Positions 41,097 through 50,706 of a stretch of 64,000 nucleotides of DNA are shown here, piece by piece (the stretch's first letter is position 1; each line of letters begins with the position of its first letter). The stretch comes from Candidatus Poseidoniaceae archaeon (GTDB lineage: Archaea; Thermoplasmatota; Poseidoniia; Poseidoniales; Poseidoniaceae), in contig CASIAW010000007.1 in assembly GCA_949372875.1 (NCBI GenBank), positions 24,736 to 88,735 of the forward strand, in the 5' to 3' direction. The notes below the pieces were generated by a model. It saw nothing but the letters and a program-made list of their open reading frames with translations, ran no database searches and had not been told where the DNA came from. The position numbers and the translations under genes are program-made.

Positions 41097-43313
41097 TCAC
41101 AAGAAAGAATGCAGTCGTGCTTCCAGTATGTTCGCTGCTCGCGGACAACCTGCTGCTCTGTGTTTAGAAATGGCTTCTTTCAATGCAATTTGTCGCATCG
41201 ATGGCTCAAGTTGAGAGGAGCATGTCCACCAACGAGCGTGAAGTCGTTGGTGAGAGATATGAATCGCAGATTCATCTGGTTGAGATACGAAGAGAAATTC
41301 TGCTCTAGCTAGCTCAATGTCATGCTCCAACAGTGCTTCCACGAGCGTTAACCGCAGTGACTCACGATGGATAGGGCTGATCTGCTGTTCAATGGCTTTA
41401 CGAGTGATACCCACTGCGGAGGAAAACTCTTTGTTGCTTTTCTTAGCCTTGGCCAAAGATGCCTTGGCTTCAAGACCCAATACCAATGCATGATCGATAC
41501 CTCCGATGGATACGAGAGTTGCGCGAAGTGTTTCTGCTTTCACATAGTTTTCTTCATGTAAGGCAAGTGCATGTTGGACCATGGTCAGTGCAACCAATGT
41601 TACAGCACGGAGTGAGGGTTCATTCGGCAGAACAATCTGACTGAGGTAGTGTTTGATTTCCCCAATAGTTTGCTTGGAGAGTGTTGTTTCGACTCGGTCA
41701 TCTAATCGTCGGGAAGATGCCGATAAAGCCAACTGGTTTTTCTGTTGCTGTGAACCGATTTCCAACCCCTTTGTAATGGCGATTTCAGCATCCTCTATAC
41801 GCCCTTCGAGATAGGCTAAATTCATTTCAATTTCGTTGAAAGAGCCTTCTTCATGAATCGACTCCAGATGGTGACGAGCATGACTCGATTCACATCGGTC
41901 AAGTGCTACTTTTGCAGCGAGATAATGGAGATGAGAAGGCTCGTGAGAACGCTCAATGGCTTGCTCAAGAAGAACTGAAAGAGCATTGCTATGTTCCGAA
42001 GGAAGAGAGCCATAAGCGGTAGTACAATGAGCCTCTAAATCCTGAGTATCTGAACAAATGCGATGATAGAGTAAGATAATTTGGTCTTCCGGAGTTTGAG
42101 CACAGGACTCCCAATGCGTAACTGCCTCACGATGGAGTTTTAATTTCTCTTGTTCGGTCATTGTTGAGCGGCGCACGTTCCGTATCAAGTGATGCAATTC
42201 CATTTTCTCCGTACCTGAAGTCCAACGTAAAAATGCTGATTCATCAAGAATGCCAACGATTTCATTGTCCTGTGCCTTACTGGCTTCAATAGGCATTGGA
42301 AGTATGACCAGGTGGTCCAATTCAGACCGAGTCGTTTCATCAAGTGTCGACAAAACAACCTCTTCGACATACGACTGAACCTCCGAGTTTGTTTCAGGTA
42401 AAGCCGTTTCATGCTGATAGAGAAGGAGAGCTAATGGATGGCCCCCGAGTCGCTCAGCAATGTGTTCTCGCTCTTCTTTAGATTGGGAGGTTCCTAGTAA
42501 TTTAATCGCATCAGGGGTATCAAGTGGAGGAATCGAAATTCGTTCAACTTGTTCAAAGGAAACAAGTGGTTCTCTTCCAATAAAAATCATCTTTGGGCCA
42601 TTGAGGCGTTCTATCTGATGACAGAGGGCATGGAATTGAGGTAAGTGGCGCTGAGAGATGAGATGAACATCATCGAAGATGAAAATTTCGTCTCTGCATT
42701 GCATTACGATATACTCGGCGAGTGCATCGATATCGGAGGGCAGGGGAGATGCGAAAGCCATTGATGAGCACAATGCTTCAAAGTCCGAAAACGCATCGGC
42801 TGTAGCCCAGCGAAGATCTAAACCCATTGAGAGAAGTTCATGTCCGACTGCAATTCCGACGGTTGTTTTTCCAATGCCGGGTAAACCACTGAGAAGAATA
42901 GTGTGCCGTTCTTGGACCATGGCAAGGGCGTTTTGTATGACATCTGAACGTCCATGGATTTCACCACTTTGAGGATAATCTCCGTAAGACATCCCAACAG
43001 AACTGCTCTTTCGTGGTTTGGAATTGTCCTCGCCGAATGAATCGAAAAGAAGACGACCTTCATCTGTGAGATGGTAGACATTTCTTCTACGAGAGCCACC
43101 TCCAATCACATGAGCCATTCGCTTGAAAATTAGGCCTTGATCTTCAAGGATTGTCAAAGGTCCATTCAATGCTGAGCGGACCACGCTAAGTGACTCACTT
43201 AATCCAGGGAGTGAAATTTCACGCGTCACATCCCATGCTTTTTCTAAATTTTTAGAATATTGCCCTAGACAGCGCAGGAGGCGTTCCTGCGGCAAAGACA
43301 GTCGAGGTGACAT
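41097..43313 (-). CDS. wHTH-STAND(NB-ARC-like P-loop NTPase)-TPR/helical regulator (738 aa)
   Basis: The N-terminal winged helix (LRCLGQYSKN...RNVYHLTDEGRLL) is followed by Walker A (LLSGLPGIGKTTVGIAV) and Walker B (IFIFDDVHLIS). The long C-terminus is alpha-helical and TPR-like. This AfsR/MalT-like signal-transducing ATPase architecture is established knowledge, not a search result. Confidence 0.75.
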   Translation of the reverse strand: MSPRLSLPQERLLRCLGQYSKNLEKAWDVTREISLPGLSESLSVVRSALNGPLTILEDQGLIFKRMAHVIGGGSRRRNVYHLTDEGRLLFDSFGEDNSKPRKSSSVGMSYGDYPQSGEIHGRSDVIQNALAMVQERHTILLSGLPGIGKTTVGIAVGHELLSMGLDLRWATADAFSDFEALCSSMAFASPLPSDIDALAEYIVMQCRDEIFIFDDVHLISQRHLPQFHALCHQIERLNGPKMIFIGREPLVSFEQVERISIPPLDTPDAIKLLGTSQSKEEREHIAERLGGHPLALLLYQHETALPETNSEVQSYVEEVVLSTLDETTRSELDHLVILPMPIEASKAQDNEIVGILDESAFLRWTSGTEKMELHHLIRNVRRSTMTEQEKLKLHREAVTHWESCAQTPEDQIILLYHRICSDTQDLEAHCTTAYGSLPSEHSNALSVLLEQAIERSHEPSHLHYLAAKVALDRCESSHARHHLESIHEEGSFNEIEMNLAYLEGRIEDAEIAITKGLEIGSQQQKNQLALSASSRRLDDRVETTLSKQTIGEIKHYLSQIVLPNEPSLRAVTLVALTMVQHALALHEENYVKAETLRATLVSIGGIDHALVLGLEAKASLAKAKKSNKEFSSAVGITRKAIEQQISPIHRESLRLTLVEALLEHDIELARAEFLFVSQPDESAIHISHQRLHARWWTCSSQLEPSMRQIALKEAISKHRAAGCPRAANILEARLHSFL

Positions 43314-43479
43314 GTGTTAAGCCACTGCCCCGTTTCTTTCTAAGGGAATCCCCTTCATGCATACAGTAATTTGAAAATTTAAATTGTTCAAGTCACTGTA
43401 AAATTAAAAAAAAAGTAAATTGATTTTTTTAAAAATATAATTCCTTGTTAGGTATTTAAGAACAATCCAAGTTACTTAA
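43314..43479. promoter_or_regulatory. AT-rich (~25-30% GC) divergent promoter region with A/T tracts and TATA-like boxes (tttaaa, ttttaaaaatata)
   Basis: The region is strikingly AT-rich compared with the ~48% GC surroundings. It separates the divergent STAND-regulator and TPR-protein genes. Confidence 0.45.
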
Positions 43480-45261
43480 ATGCGAAAGCCTCTAGATTCA
43501 ATCATGAACCTTGCACCAACTGATTATGACTACGGCGTCCCGGCGAACTATTTCTTTGCTTCAAATATTACATGTGCGAACGACGATGCTCGTAAGATGT
43601 ATGTCCAAGCCTTTGGTCACATGCTCAACTATAACCACGAAGAAGCAATTGCCTGTTTCAGTAAATGTACTGAACTCGACCCAACCTGCGCTATGGCTTA
43701 CTGGGGAATCGCATACTGCGTCTCTTCAAACTACAATTGGAGCCCAGGACTTGGCTCTGGACACGATTCGATTCAACAAGCTGTTTCTCTCAAAGCAGGC
43801 TGCACCGAACTTGAGCAAGACCTCATCGATGCATTGGCACAACGCCATTCTGCAGAAGCACGTGATGCAGCAGATCCGTCGGTCCTCAACATGGGCAACG
43901 ATCCTGAACTCAACGTTGCATTCGCAAAAGCAATGGAGCCTCTTTATCGAAAGTACAGTGGAAACTTGGATGTTGCCGCCATTTATGTCGAGGCTCTCAT
44001 GAATTTGAAAGCATGGCAACTTTGGGATAAGAATGTCAGTACCGGAGAAATTACTCCCGCTGACGACAACACATTGCTGTTGGTCAAAGTAATGGAAGAT
44101 GCATTTGCAAACATCGAAGGTGCAAAGGAACACGTTGCAATGTGCCACCTATACTGCCACGCTCTTGAATTATCTCCGTTCCCAGAACGCGCTCTACCAG
44201 CAGCAGACGTGCTTCGCACCGTCATGCCTGGCATGGGTCACCTCGTGCACATGCCCTCTCACATCGATGCATGGGTTGGACAATGGAAAGAAGCAATTGA
44301 ATGTAACATTGCTGCGGTTGAAGCCGATGACAAATACGTCGAACTCACAGGCAATGAATCCCAGTTTTACAAGTTCTATCGAATGCACAACCACCATTTC
44401 GTGGTTTGGTGTGCTATGTTTGAAGGACAATACGAAACTGCTCTCAAGTATGCTCGAAAGGCAGTCGATACACTTCCTGCTGGAGACGAAAACTCAGGCG
44501 TTCAGTTCATGCTTGCTGGTATCATCCCTATGGGTGCAATCTTCCTTGAATCCTATGTTACCATGCCATGGCACGTCATGATTCGTTTCGGAAAGTGGGA
44601 CGAAATCATTGCTGAACCAATGTATTCTGACAAGGATGTATTCCCTGCAACCATCGCAACACAACACTACGCTCGTGGTGTGGCTTATGCATCCAAGGGA
44701 ATGGTTGCTGAGGCTGAAGCAGAACAAGTTCTGTTCAATGAAGCGATTCAAAACCCTGCACTTGCTGGCCGTGTATTACACAACAATTTGATGTATCAAG
44801 ACCCAAGTGATGGGCCATGTATTCTTTTGGTCAACGCTGCTGTTCTTGCTGGTGAAATTGAATACCGAAAGCAATTCCAAGCAAAGGCTCGTGGTGAAGC
44901 ATCTGACTTCACTGCTGCTTTTGATCACCTACGCCGTGGTGTCGATCTTTCACTCAACCTTGCTTACAACGAACCTTGGGGTCAAATGCAACCTGTGCGC
45001 CACATTCTCGGTGCTCTTCTCCACGAACAAGGTGAAATCGAAGAAGCAGAAGCGGTCTACCGTGCTGACATCAAACTTTGGAAAGACAACATGTGGGGTC
45101 TCCTCGGTCTCAAACTTTGTCTCGAAGCTCGTGGCGATGCTCCAGAGGAACTCGCTGCAGTCACTGCATTGTTCAACGAACGTAGTTCTCGTGCTGACAT
45201 CGTTCCAGCCAAGACCTGCTTCTGTGCCCAAGACAGTCTCGAAAAGAGTTGCTGCGATTAA
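43480..45261 (+). CDS. TPR-like all-helical protein (593 aa), function unknown
   Basis: The long clean ORF has repeated helical hairpins with TPR-like signatures (AMAYWGIAY, ALKYARKAVD). The C-terminus is cysteine-rich (KTCFCAQDSLEKSCCD). Confidence 0.7.
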   Translation: MRKPLDSIMNLAPTDYDYGVPANYFFASNITCANDDARKMYVQAFGHMLNYNHEEAIACFSKCTELDPTCAMAYWGIAYCVSSNYNWSPGLGSGHDSIQQAVSLKAGCTELEQDLIDALAQRHSAEARDAADPSVLNMGNDPELNVAFAKAMEPLYRKYSGNLDVAAIYVEALMNLKAWQLWDKNVSTGEITPADDNTLLLVKVMEDAFANIEGAKEHVAMCHLYCHALELSPFPERALPAADVLRTVMPGMGHLVHMPSHIDAWVGQWKEAIECNIAAVEADDKYVELTGNESQFYKFYRMHNHHFVVWCAMFEGQYETALKYARKAVDTLPAGDENSGVQFMLAGIIPMGAIFLESYVTMPWHVMIRFGKWDEIIAEPMYSDKDVFPATIATQHYARGVAYASKGMVAEAEAEQVLFNEAIQNPALAGRVLHNNLMYQDPSDGPCILLVNAAVLAGEIEYRKQFQAKARGEASDFTAAFDHLRRGVDLSLNLAYNEPWGQMQPVRHILGALLHEQGEIEEAEAVYRADIKLWKDNMWGLLGLKLCLEARGDAPEELAAVTALFNERSSRADIVPAKTCFCAQDSLEKSCCD

Positions 45262-45337
45262 GCAGAATCCAACATCCAATCGGGACCCTTTTGTTCATAA
45301 AGTGCCGATTCAACCGACCTCATAAGATGGTGTCGCA

Positions 45338-45802
45338 ATGTTGACAGTCGCAGATGTAGAGGAAGCCCAGCAAGCATGGGGAGAAGGGATTGTAGAGATT
45401 GCTGCAGCGCATAATGCTGGAGCGGACTATGTCCAAAGGGCACGTACTCATGTAGAATCGTTGTATAGTTACGACATTGGACCCGTATTGTTCAAACCAA
45501 CCTTGGCTGTAAAAAATCAGTTTCGCCCGACCTTTGAAGGAGCATTATCCTACTTTGTTGGGGGAAACAGCGCATTTTCAGAAGACAAGGGATTCGCAAT
45601 CAAGAGTTGGACAAAGGTGCGGTTTGAGAATGAGGATGTCATCATCAGCGGAACAACTGCAATAACCATGGGAAATTATTTTTTCACACCACCAAGCGGT
45701 GAAGAGGTTAAGGTTGAATTTACCTTTGGATACATCGTTGATTCAAACAGAAAGTTGCGAATTAACCTGCATCATTCTTCAATGCCGGCAGACATTGACT
45801 GA
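45338..45802 (+). CDS. NTF2-like superfamily protein resembling the CaMKII association-domain/SnoaL-like family (DUF4440-like)
   Basis: The pattern is EEAQQAWGEGI...LYSYD...F.G...F.....DG.....H.S.. The 154-aa length and C-terminal HHSS signature fit. Confidence 0.55.
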   Translation: MLTVADVEEAQQAWGEGIVEIAAAHNAGADYVQRARTHVESLYSYDIGPVLFKPTLAVKNQFRPTFEGALSYFVGGNSAFSEDKGFAIKSWTKVRFENEDVIISGTTAITMGNYFFTPPSGEEVKVEFTFGYIVDSNRKLRINLHHSSMPADID

Positions 45803-45849
45803 ACTTTTTCAGTTTGTTCGATAAAAATACTTAACGTATAATTTCGACA

Positions 45850-46305
45850 TCAATTATCGGTGTTTTCAATCGTTTTCGGTTGTTCAGGGAAAATTGAATA
45901 CATCAATAAAACCAAAGTCGCAGAGACAGGAATCAAAGTAGCGAATAAGAACTTTAACTCAAACTCTATCAACCCAGATGTCCATCCATATACCTCCAAG
46001 AATACGGTCGAACAGAGGCCCAGTGAGAACAAACGTCCGAAGATATGCAGGTTTTCCTTAACATAAATCGCTACGAACCATTGTGTCAATCCAATAAAAA
46101 TGGCAAAGACTCCCACATACATACTCACAAAGATACCATGCTCAGTAAGGTAGGGGCCAACAGCAATAGAGGTTCTTGGCGAAAAGAGAAATGTCGCACC
46201 AATCATTATTGGTAAAAAGCCAGTTAACTTCATTATTCCAGATAAGCCAATATTGAGTTCATCCTTTTCTTCCATACTTTGATTAGGATACACAGTCCAT
46301 ATCAA
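45850..46305 (-). CDS. Polytopic membrane protein (4 TM), hypothetical
   Basis: There are four hydrophobic helices. The actual start is probably an internal Met (46275). Confidence 0.5.
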   Translation of the reverse strand: MIWTVYPNQSMEEKDELNIGLSGIMKLTGFLPIMIGATFLFSPRTSIAVGPYLTEHGIFVSMYVGVFAIFIGLTQWFVAIYVKENLHIFGRLFSLGLCSTVFLEVYGWTSGLIEFELKFLFATLIPVSATLVLLMYSIFPEQPKTIENTDN

Positions 46306-46379
46306 ACTACTCCCGGAGAGGAAAGGAGTGAAGGCATTTTACAAAGGAAACAGGAAAGCGAATATTGCGCTAAGTAGAA

Positions 46380-46988
46380 TCAAACCTGTGGAAAGAGAAG
46401 AACTTCATCGCCTTCTGTCCATTGTTTGTATTTCTTCATACAGATTTTGAACGGCTCACTTTCAAGATTCTCATGAAGCCAAGTCAACACGTTGCCCCAC
46501 TCTTGTGCATCGAACCATTCACGGTTATGATTTGCAAATTGCCGGACAAATGGAAACAATGCATCGCTCAATGCCTCACTGATCGGAGGTTGAGAAGCAA
46601 GACGGGTATCCAAATCCATGAGATAGGATGATGCAGCAGAGCGTTGTTCAAGTTCGTCAACTCCTTCGTATCGATTGGGATACTTGTAGCGGTCAAGATG
46701 ATACTTGAACTCATCATCATTTCTTGTAATCCAATGGCTCTCTTCTTGTGAAAGTGTCCAGTCCAAGACGTGTTGCATAATCTCAAGACTTTCCTCAATC
46801 AGCGTTCCATCTTTGAGGAGTAAAACTGGAACTGTTCCCTTCGGTGAGATTTCCATCATGTGAGCCGGTCGGTGTCGTAAAACGACCTCTCTCAATTCAA
46901 CTTGAAAATTTTCACGAACAATCGACATTCTGGCTCGCATCGCATATGGACATCGCCGAAACGAGTAAAGAAGGGGAGTTTCAGCCAT
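46380..46988 (-). CDS. Glutaredoxin 2 / GST-fold thiol transferase-like protein (CPYA active-site motif)
   Basis: LLYSFRRCPYAMRARM...VPVLLLKDGTLIEESLEIMQHV aligns to the Grx2/GST N-terminal thioredoxin fold. A helical C-terminal domain follows. Confidence 0.7.
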   Translation of the reverse strand: MAETPLLYSFRRCPYAMRARMSIVRENFQVELREVVLRHRPAHMMEISPKGTVPVLLLKDGTLIEESLEIMQHVLDWTLSQEESHWITRNDDEFKYHLDRYKYPNRYEGVDELEQRSAASSYLMDLDTRLASQPPISEALSDALFPFVRQFANHNREWFDAQEWGNVLTWLHENLESEPFKICMKKYKQWTEGDEVLLFPQV

Positions 46989-47002
46989 GTTCTGGCTTCA
47001 CC

Positions 47003-48067
47003 TCACTCTGGTGGAATTGGAGGCGCATAGCCGCCATTGACTGCTTCTTGGACAAGTGCCATATCAGAGTCAACCATCATTTGAACCAGTTCTTCAAACG
47101 AAGTTCCTGGGACCCATCCAAGTTCTTTCTCTGCAAGAGCAGGATCGCCGATTAGCAAATCAACTTCAGCTGGTCGGAAGAATTTCGGATTTGTACGCAC
47201 ACGGATGTTTCCATTTTGGTCTGTAGCAATGGTGTCTACACCCTCCCCTGACCAAGTAAGATTCATTCCAACATGTGAAAAACCGAGCGTAATCATGTCC
47301 CGAACACTGTGTGTTCGACCGGTAGCAACAACGTAGTCACCAGGTTCATCTTGCTGAAGCATTCTCCATTGCATCTCGACATAATCGCCGGCAAATCCCC
47401 AATCTCGCTTTGCATCGACGTTGCCAATCCAAAGGCATTCATCAAATCCATGGGCGATACGTGCTGCAGTCATCGTAACCTTACGAGTGACGAATTCCAG
47501 TCCACGGCGTGGGCTTTCGTGATTGAAGAGAATACCTGTGCAAGCAAACATATCGTAAGACTCTCGGTAATTACGGGTGATTTCGAATGCGAACACTTTG
47601 GCACATCCATATGGGGAGCGCGGGTGGAACGGAGTCAGTTCTGTTTGAGGAACGTCTCTCACTTTTCCGTATTGCTCAGAAGAACCTGCTTGATAGAAAC
47701 GGCACGTTGGTGCGTGCTTTCGAATTGCTTCAAGGCAACGAAGCGCCCCTAAACCAGTGATGTCTGCAGTCATCATTGGCGAGCGCCATGATTCTGGAAC
47801 AAATGACATTGCACCGAGGTTGTAAAATTCATCTGGTTGGGCGAGAGTCACTGCATTATCAATTGAGTTCTGGTCAGCAAGGTCACCGTTAACCAGTCTA
47901 AAATTATCATTGGTCATCAAGTGATTAATGAGGCTTCGACCAGAGGTTGGTTGAGACACGCGGCGAACCAAGCCATAGACGATGTAGCCCTTTTCCAACA
48001 ACAGTTCTGCAAGGTATGAACCGTCTTGGCCAGTGATTCCGGTTACCATTGCTGTCTTTCCGCTCAT
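47003..48067 (-). CDS. gmd: GDP-mannose 4,6-dehydratase
   Basis: MVTGITGQDGSYLAELLLEKGYIVYGLVRR carries the SDR Rossmann motif. The YxxxK catalytic region and 354-aa length are typical of Gmd. Confidence 0.9.
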   Translation of the reverse strand: MSGKTAMVTGITGQDGSYLAELLLEKGYIVYGLVRRVSQPTSGRSLINHLMTNDNFRLVNGDLADQNSIDNAVTLAQPDEFYNLGAMSFVPESWRSPMMTADITGLGALRCLEAIRKHAPTCRFYQAGSSEQYGKVRDVPQTELTPFHPRSPYGCAKVFAFEITRNYRESYDMFACTGILFNHESPRRGLEFVTRKVTMTAARIAHGFDECLWIGNVDAKRDWGFAGDYVEMQWRMLQQDEPGDYVVATGRTHSVRDMITLGFSHVGMNLTWSGEGVDTIATDQNGNIRVRTNPKFFRPAEVDLLIGDPALAEKELGWVPGTSFEELVQMMVDSDMALVQEAVNGGYAPPIPPE

Positions 48068-48120
48068 GGCTTACCGTAGACTCCTCCCTTTTTCAATCGG
48101 TCGCGTGTTCGTATGCGTAA

Positions 48121-49470
48121 ATGGCAACTGGAATCCACCTGCTGAGGGAGGATTTGAAGGGGAGTCGCCGGCTGTACGGTCCAATGGCTGAATTGAAAGA
48201 CGGAGTTGGGAGCGGTCTACGCGTTCTCATTGTTCGTGGTTCATTCGCTTCACTGGGAGGTGCTGAACGTGAACTACTGCAGCTCATTCGGGCAACTTCT
48301 CAACGTTGGGATGTGAGTTTAGCGAGTCTTGATTTGACCAAAGATGCTCAAGATTTGCTCAATGATGCAAATGTGCGGCTCCTTTTACCTACAACAGCAA
48401 TGAAGTGGCCAGCAGGCGCTGTTGCTGAAATCATGGCAAAGGCAAGCACATCTGCACAAAAAATGTGGCGGAGCATCGACATTCCTTGGGATGAGTTTGA
48501 TGCAGTTCACATGTCGGTTTGCCGTGGCACCCTCGAACTGCTACCGCTCATCCCTGCTCATCTTCCAGTTCATTACCACTGCCTCGAACCGCCAAGGTGG
48601 TTGTATGAAGATGTGCTTCACCGTCATATTGATGGTACTCCAAAACGCCCACTATGGTTCACAAAAGCACTTTTCACTCGTCAAAGAATTCGAGACCAAA
48701 CTTTTGTTAAAAAACTCCTCAAACGCCCGAAGTCTTCGATTTCAGGAAATTCAATGTGGATACAAAAGCGACTGAATCAAGTCTACGGCATAGCGTGCGA
48801 TAGTGAAAAAGAAAACGGCAAACCACCAAAGCGAGATGCTGGGGGGCGACCTGTTGAAGCAAGCCATGTCATGCATGTTATCGACTGGAAGTTATGGCCT
48901 GAGAAAGCAACCGCAAAGGAATTGAAATCACTCAAAGAAATGGGGACCATACCCGAAGAATACGTAGTAACTGTTGGACGAGTATCTCATGTGAAAGGAA
49001 CCTGGGACACATTACAATCTCTGAAGGATACCGGACTGGCTTTGGTTCAAGTTGGTGGTGGAGATGACGCAGACAAGAGTAAGCTCATCGAAGAGGGAAA
49101 GAGAATTGGAGTTGAAGTAAACTGTATGCCTCGACTTTCGCAGACGCAACTTTGTGCTTTGATCAGAGGTTCTCTGGCGATGGTAAGTCACGCCCATGAT
49201 GAGCCATTTGGACTCACGCCCATTGAAGCGATGGCAATCGGCATTCCTGCGCTCATGGTCGATGAAGGAGGATTTACCTGCACCATGTCACCTGTTGACT
49301 CTGGACGCCTCTTACCTCGAAACGACTTAGGGGCTTGGAAAGCCTCGTATCTTGATTCAAAAGACCCCGTCTTACGCAAGGCTTGGGCCGATGTCGGACG
49401 GCCTTATGTGGAAACGCATTTCACTCTTGAAGTTCAAATCGCTGCCCTTGAACGGATGATGTCTATTTGA
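48121..49470 (+). CDS. Glycosyltransferase family 4 (group 1) with an ~200-aa N-terminal extension
   Basis: The C-terminal motif is HDEPFGLTPIEAMAIGIPALMVDEGG. The start may be an internal Met. Confidence 0.8.
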   Translation: MATGIHLLREDLKGSRRLYGPMAELKDGVGSGLRVLIVRGSFASLGGAERELLQLIRATSQRWDVSLASLDLTKDAQDLLNDANVRLLLPTTAMKWPAGAVAEIMAKASTSAQKMWRSIDIPWDEFDAVHMSVCRGTLELLPLIPAHLPVHYHCLEPPRWLYEDVLHRHIDGTPKRPLWFTKALFTRQRIRDQTFVKKLLKRPKSSISGNSMWIQKRLNQVYGIACDSEKENGKPPKRDAGGRPVEASHVMHVIDWKLWPEKATAKELKSLKEMGTIPEEYVVTVGRVSHVKGTWDTLQSLKDTGLALVQVGGGDDADKSKLIEEGKRIGVEVNCMPRLSQTQLCALIRGSLAMVSHAHDEPFGLTPIEAMAIGIPALMVDEGGFTCTMSPVDSGRLLPRNDLGAWKASYLDSKDPVLRKAWADVGRPYVETHFTLEVQIAALERMMSI

Positions 49471-49501
49471 GATTTATTAAGTGTTGAATACTTCCTTTCA
49501 C

Positions 49502-50158
49502 ATGGAAGAAGAATCTATGCCAAAAAATGTACTTATCGTCGGCACCGGCGGTATTGGAACAACCCTCGTTGAGTTACTTGTACCTGCCTTGGAACGCGTT
49601 CAATTAAAGGCCAAAATCTCGCTTATGGATGGAGATGTTGTGGAAACCTCAAACCTCGGACATCAGCGCTTCTCTCAAGCGAATGTCGGCATGGAGAAAG
49701 TCTCTGCTCTTTCGAGTAAATATGCTGGTGAAACAGAATATGTGGAACTGGTCCCACTGACTGAAAACTTGAGAAGTGCTGAACAACTTGAAGGCTATGA
49801 TTTGGTCGTTGTCTGCGTCGATAGGCCGGAGCCTCGCCGATTGGTTCACGCTCTTGAGATTCCTTGGGTCGACCTGAGGTGTTCTGGAGATGGATGGATG
49901 GTCTTTTCATCTCAGTCAGATTCTGTTCTGGTCGAGCAAATGACTCCCGACCATGAACCGATGAGTTGTCAAGTCCAAGGTGCATTGGATGCAGGGAATC
50001 TCGAATTTGGATTTTCGATTGCAGGAACTTTTGGAGCCCAGTGGCTTCTTCAACACCTTCGTGAAAGAAAATCACCCATGCAATCTATGGGAAGTCTCAC
50101 GTATGGTCAATTCGAGTTTCCGCGCTTGAAGAGCAATACAGTGGAGGTGAAGGCATGA
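49502..50158 (+). CDS. Minimal ThiF/MoeB/E1-like adenylyltransferase (~219 aa)
   Basis: The Rossmann motif VLIVGTGGIGT is followed by the E1 signature ISLMDGDVVETSNLGHQRF (compare DxDxVExSNLNRQ), then DLVVVCVDRPEPRRL and PWVDLRCSGDGWMVF. The ORF track starts at GTG 49481; the ATG at 49502 or 49517 is more likely. The stop overlaps the next start (ATGA). Confidence 0.7.
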   Translation: MEEESMPKNVLIVGTGGIGTTLVELLVPALERVQLKAKISLMDGDVVETSNLGHQRFSQANVGMEKVSALSSKYAGETEYVELVPLTENLRSAEQLEGYDLVVVCVDRPEPRRLVHALEIPWVDLRCSGDGWMVFSSQSDSVLVEQMTPDHEPMSCQVQGALDAGNLEFGFSIAGTFGAQWLLQHLRERKSPMQSMGSLTYGQFEFPRLKSNTVEVKA

Positions 50159-50706
50159 TATTCATCCCTGCTCTCGAACAGTTAGATGTGACCCAAGAGG
50201 TTTGGGACCACGTCACAGAGATGGCAAAACAAAGAAACATCGAGGATGAAGTGTTACTTGACATCCAACATCGTGCATCGAAACAAGGTCGTTGGGATGT
50301 TGTCTATGCAATTTCTTATCTTGCTGGACTTGAAACATCCGTGCTCATTGATGCGGAAAATGTCATTTCAATAGATTGGGGGACTTCTGGACAAGTCCAA
50401 CTCTCACCTCCTGTTGGATGTATTGCCCCATTCAAACTCTGGGTTCATACCCATCCCGGATTTTCTGCATACTGGTCAGGAACGGATACTCGCAGCCTGT
50501 CAATCGGGCTTGGAATTGTTGAGAAGGCAATGGTTCTTGGATCACCTGGAATAAAGTGCACGCATAATGCGACCATGTTGCCCCTCTCCTCAAGCTCGCT
50601 ACGTATTTCGGAAACAGGGCCGTTGAGCGAATGGTCTGATGAAGAAGTGATTCAATGGGAAGACTGGTATGCTCAACATTTCAATAGCGATGAGGTGACA
50701 CAATGA
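50155..50706 (+). CDS. JAB/MPN (JAMM) family metalloprotease (183 aa)
   Basis: The JAMM motif WVHTHPGFSAYWSGTD (HxHx7SxxD) sits with an upstream acidic residue context. The gene is translationally coupled to the flanking genes by ATGA overlaps at both ends. Confidence 0.7.
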   Translation: MIFIPALEQLDVTQEVWDHVTEMAKQRNIEDEVLLDIQHRASKQGRWDVVYAISYLAGLETSVLIDAENVISIDWGTSGQVQLSPPVGCIAPFKLWVHTHPGFSAYWSGTDTRSLSIGLGIVEKAMVLGSPGIKCTHNATMLPLSSSSLRISETGPLSEWSDEEVIQWEDWYAQHFNSDEVTQ

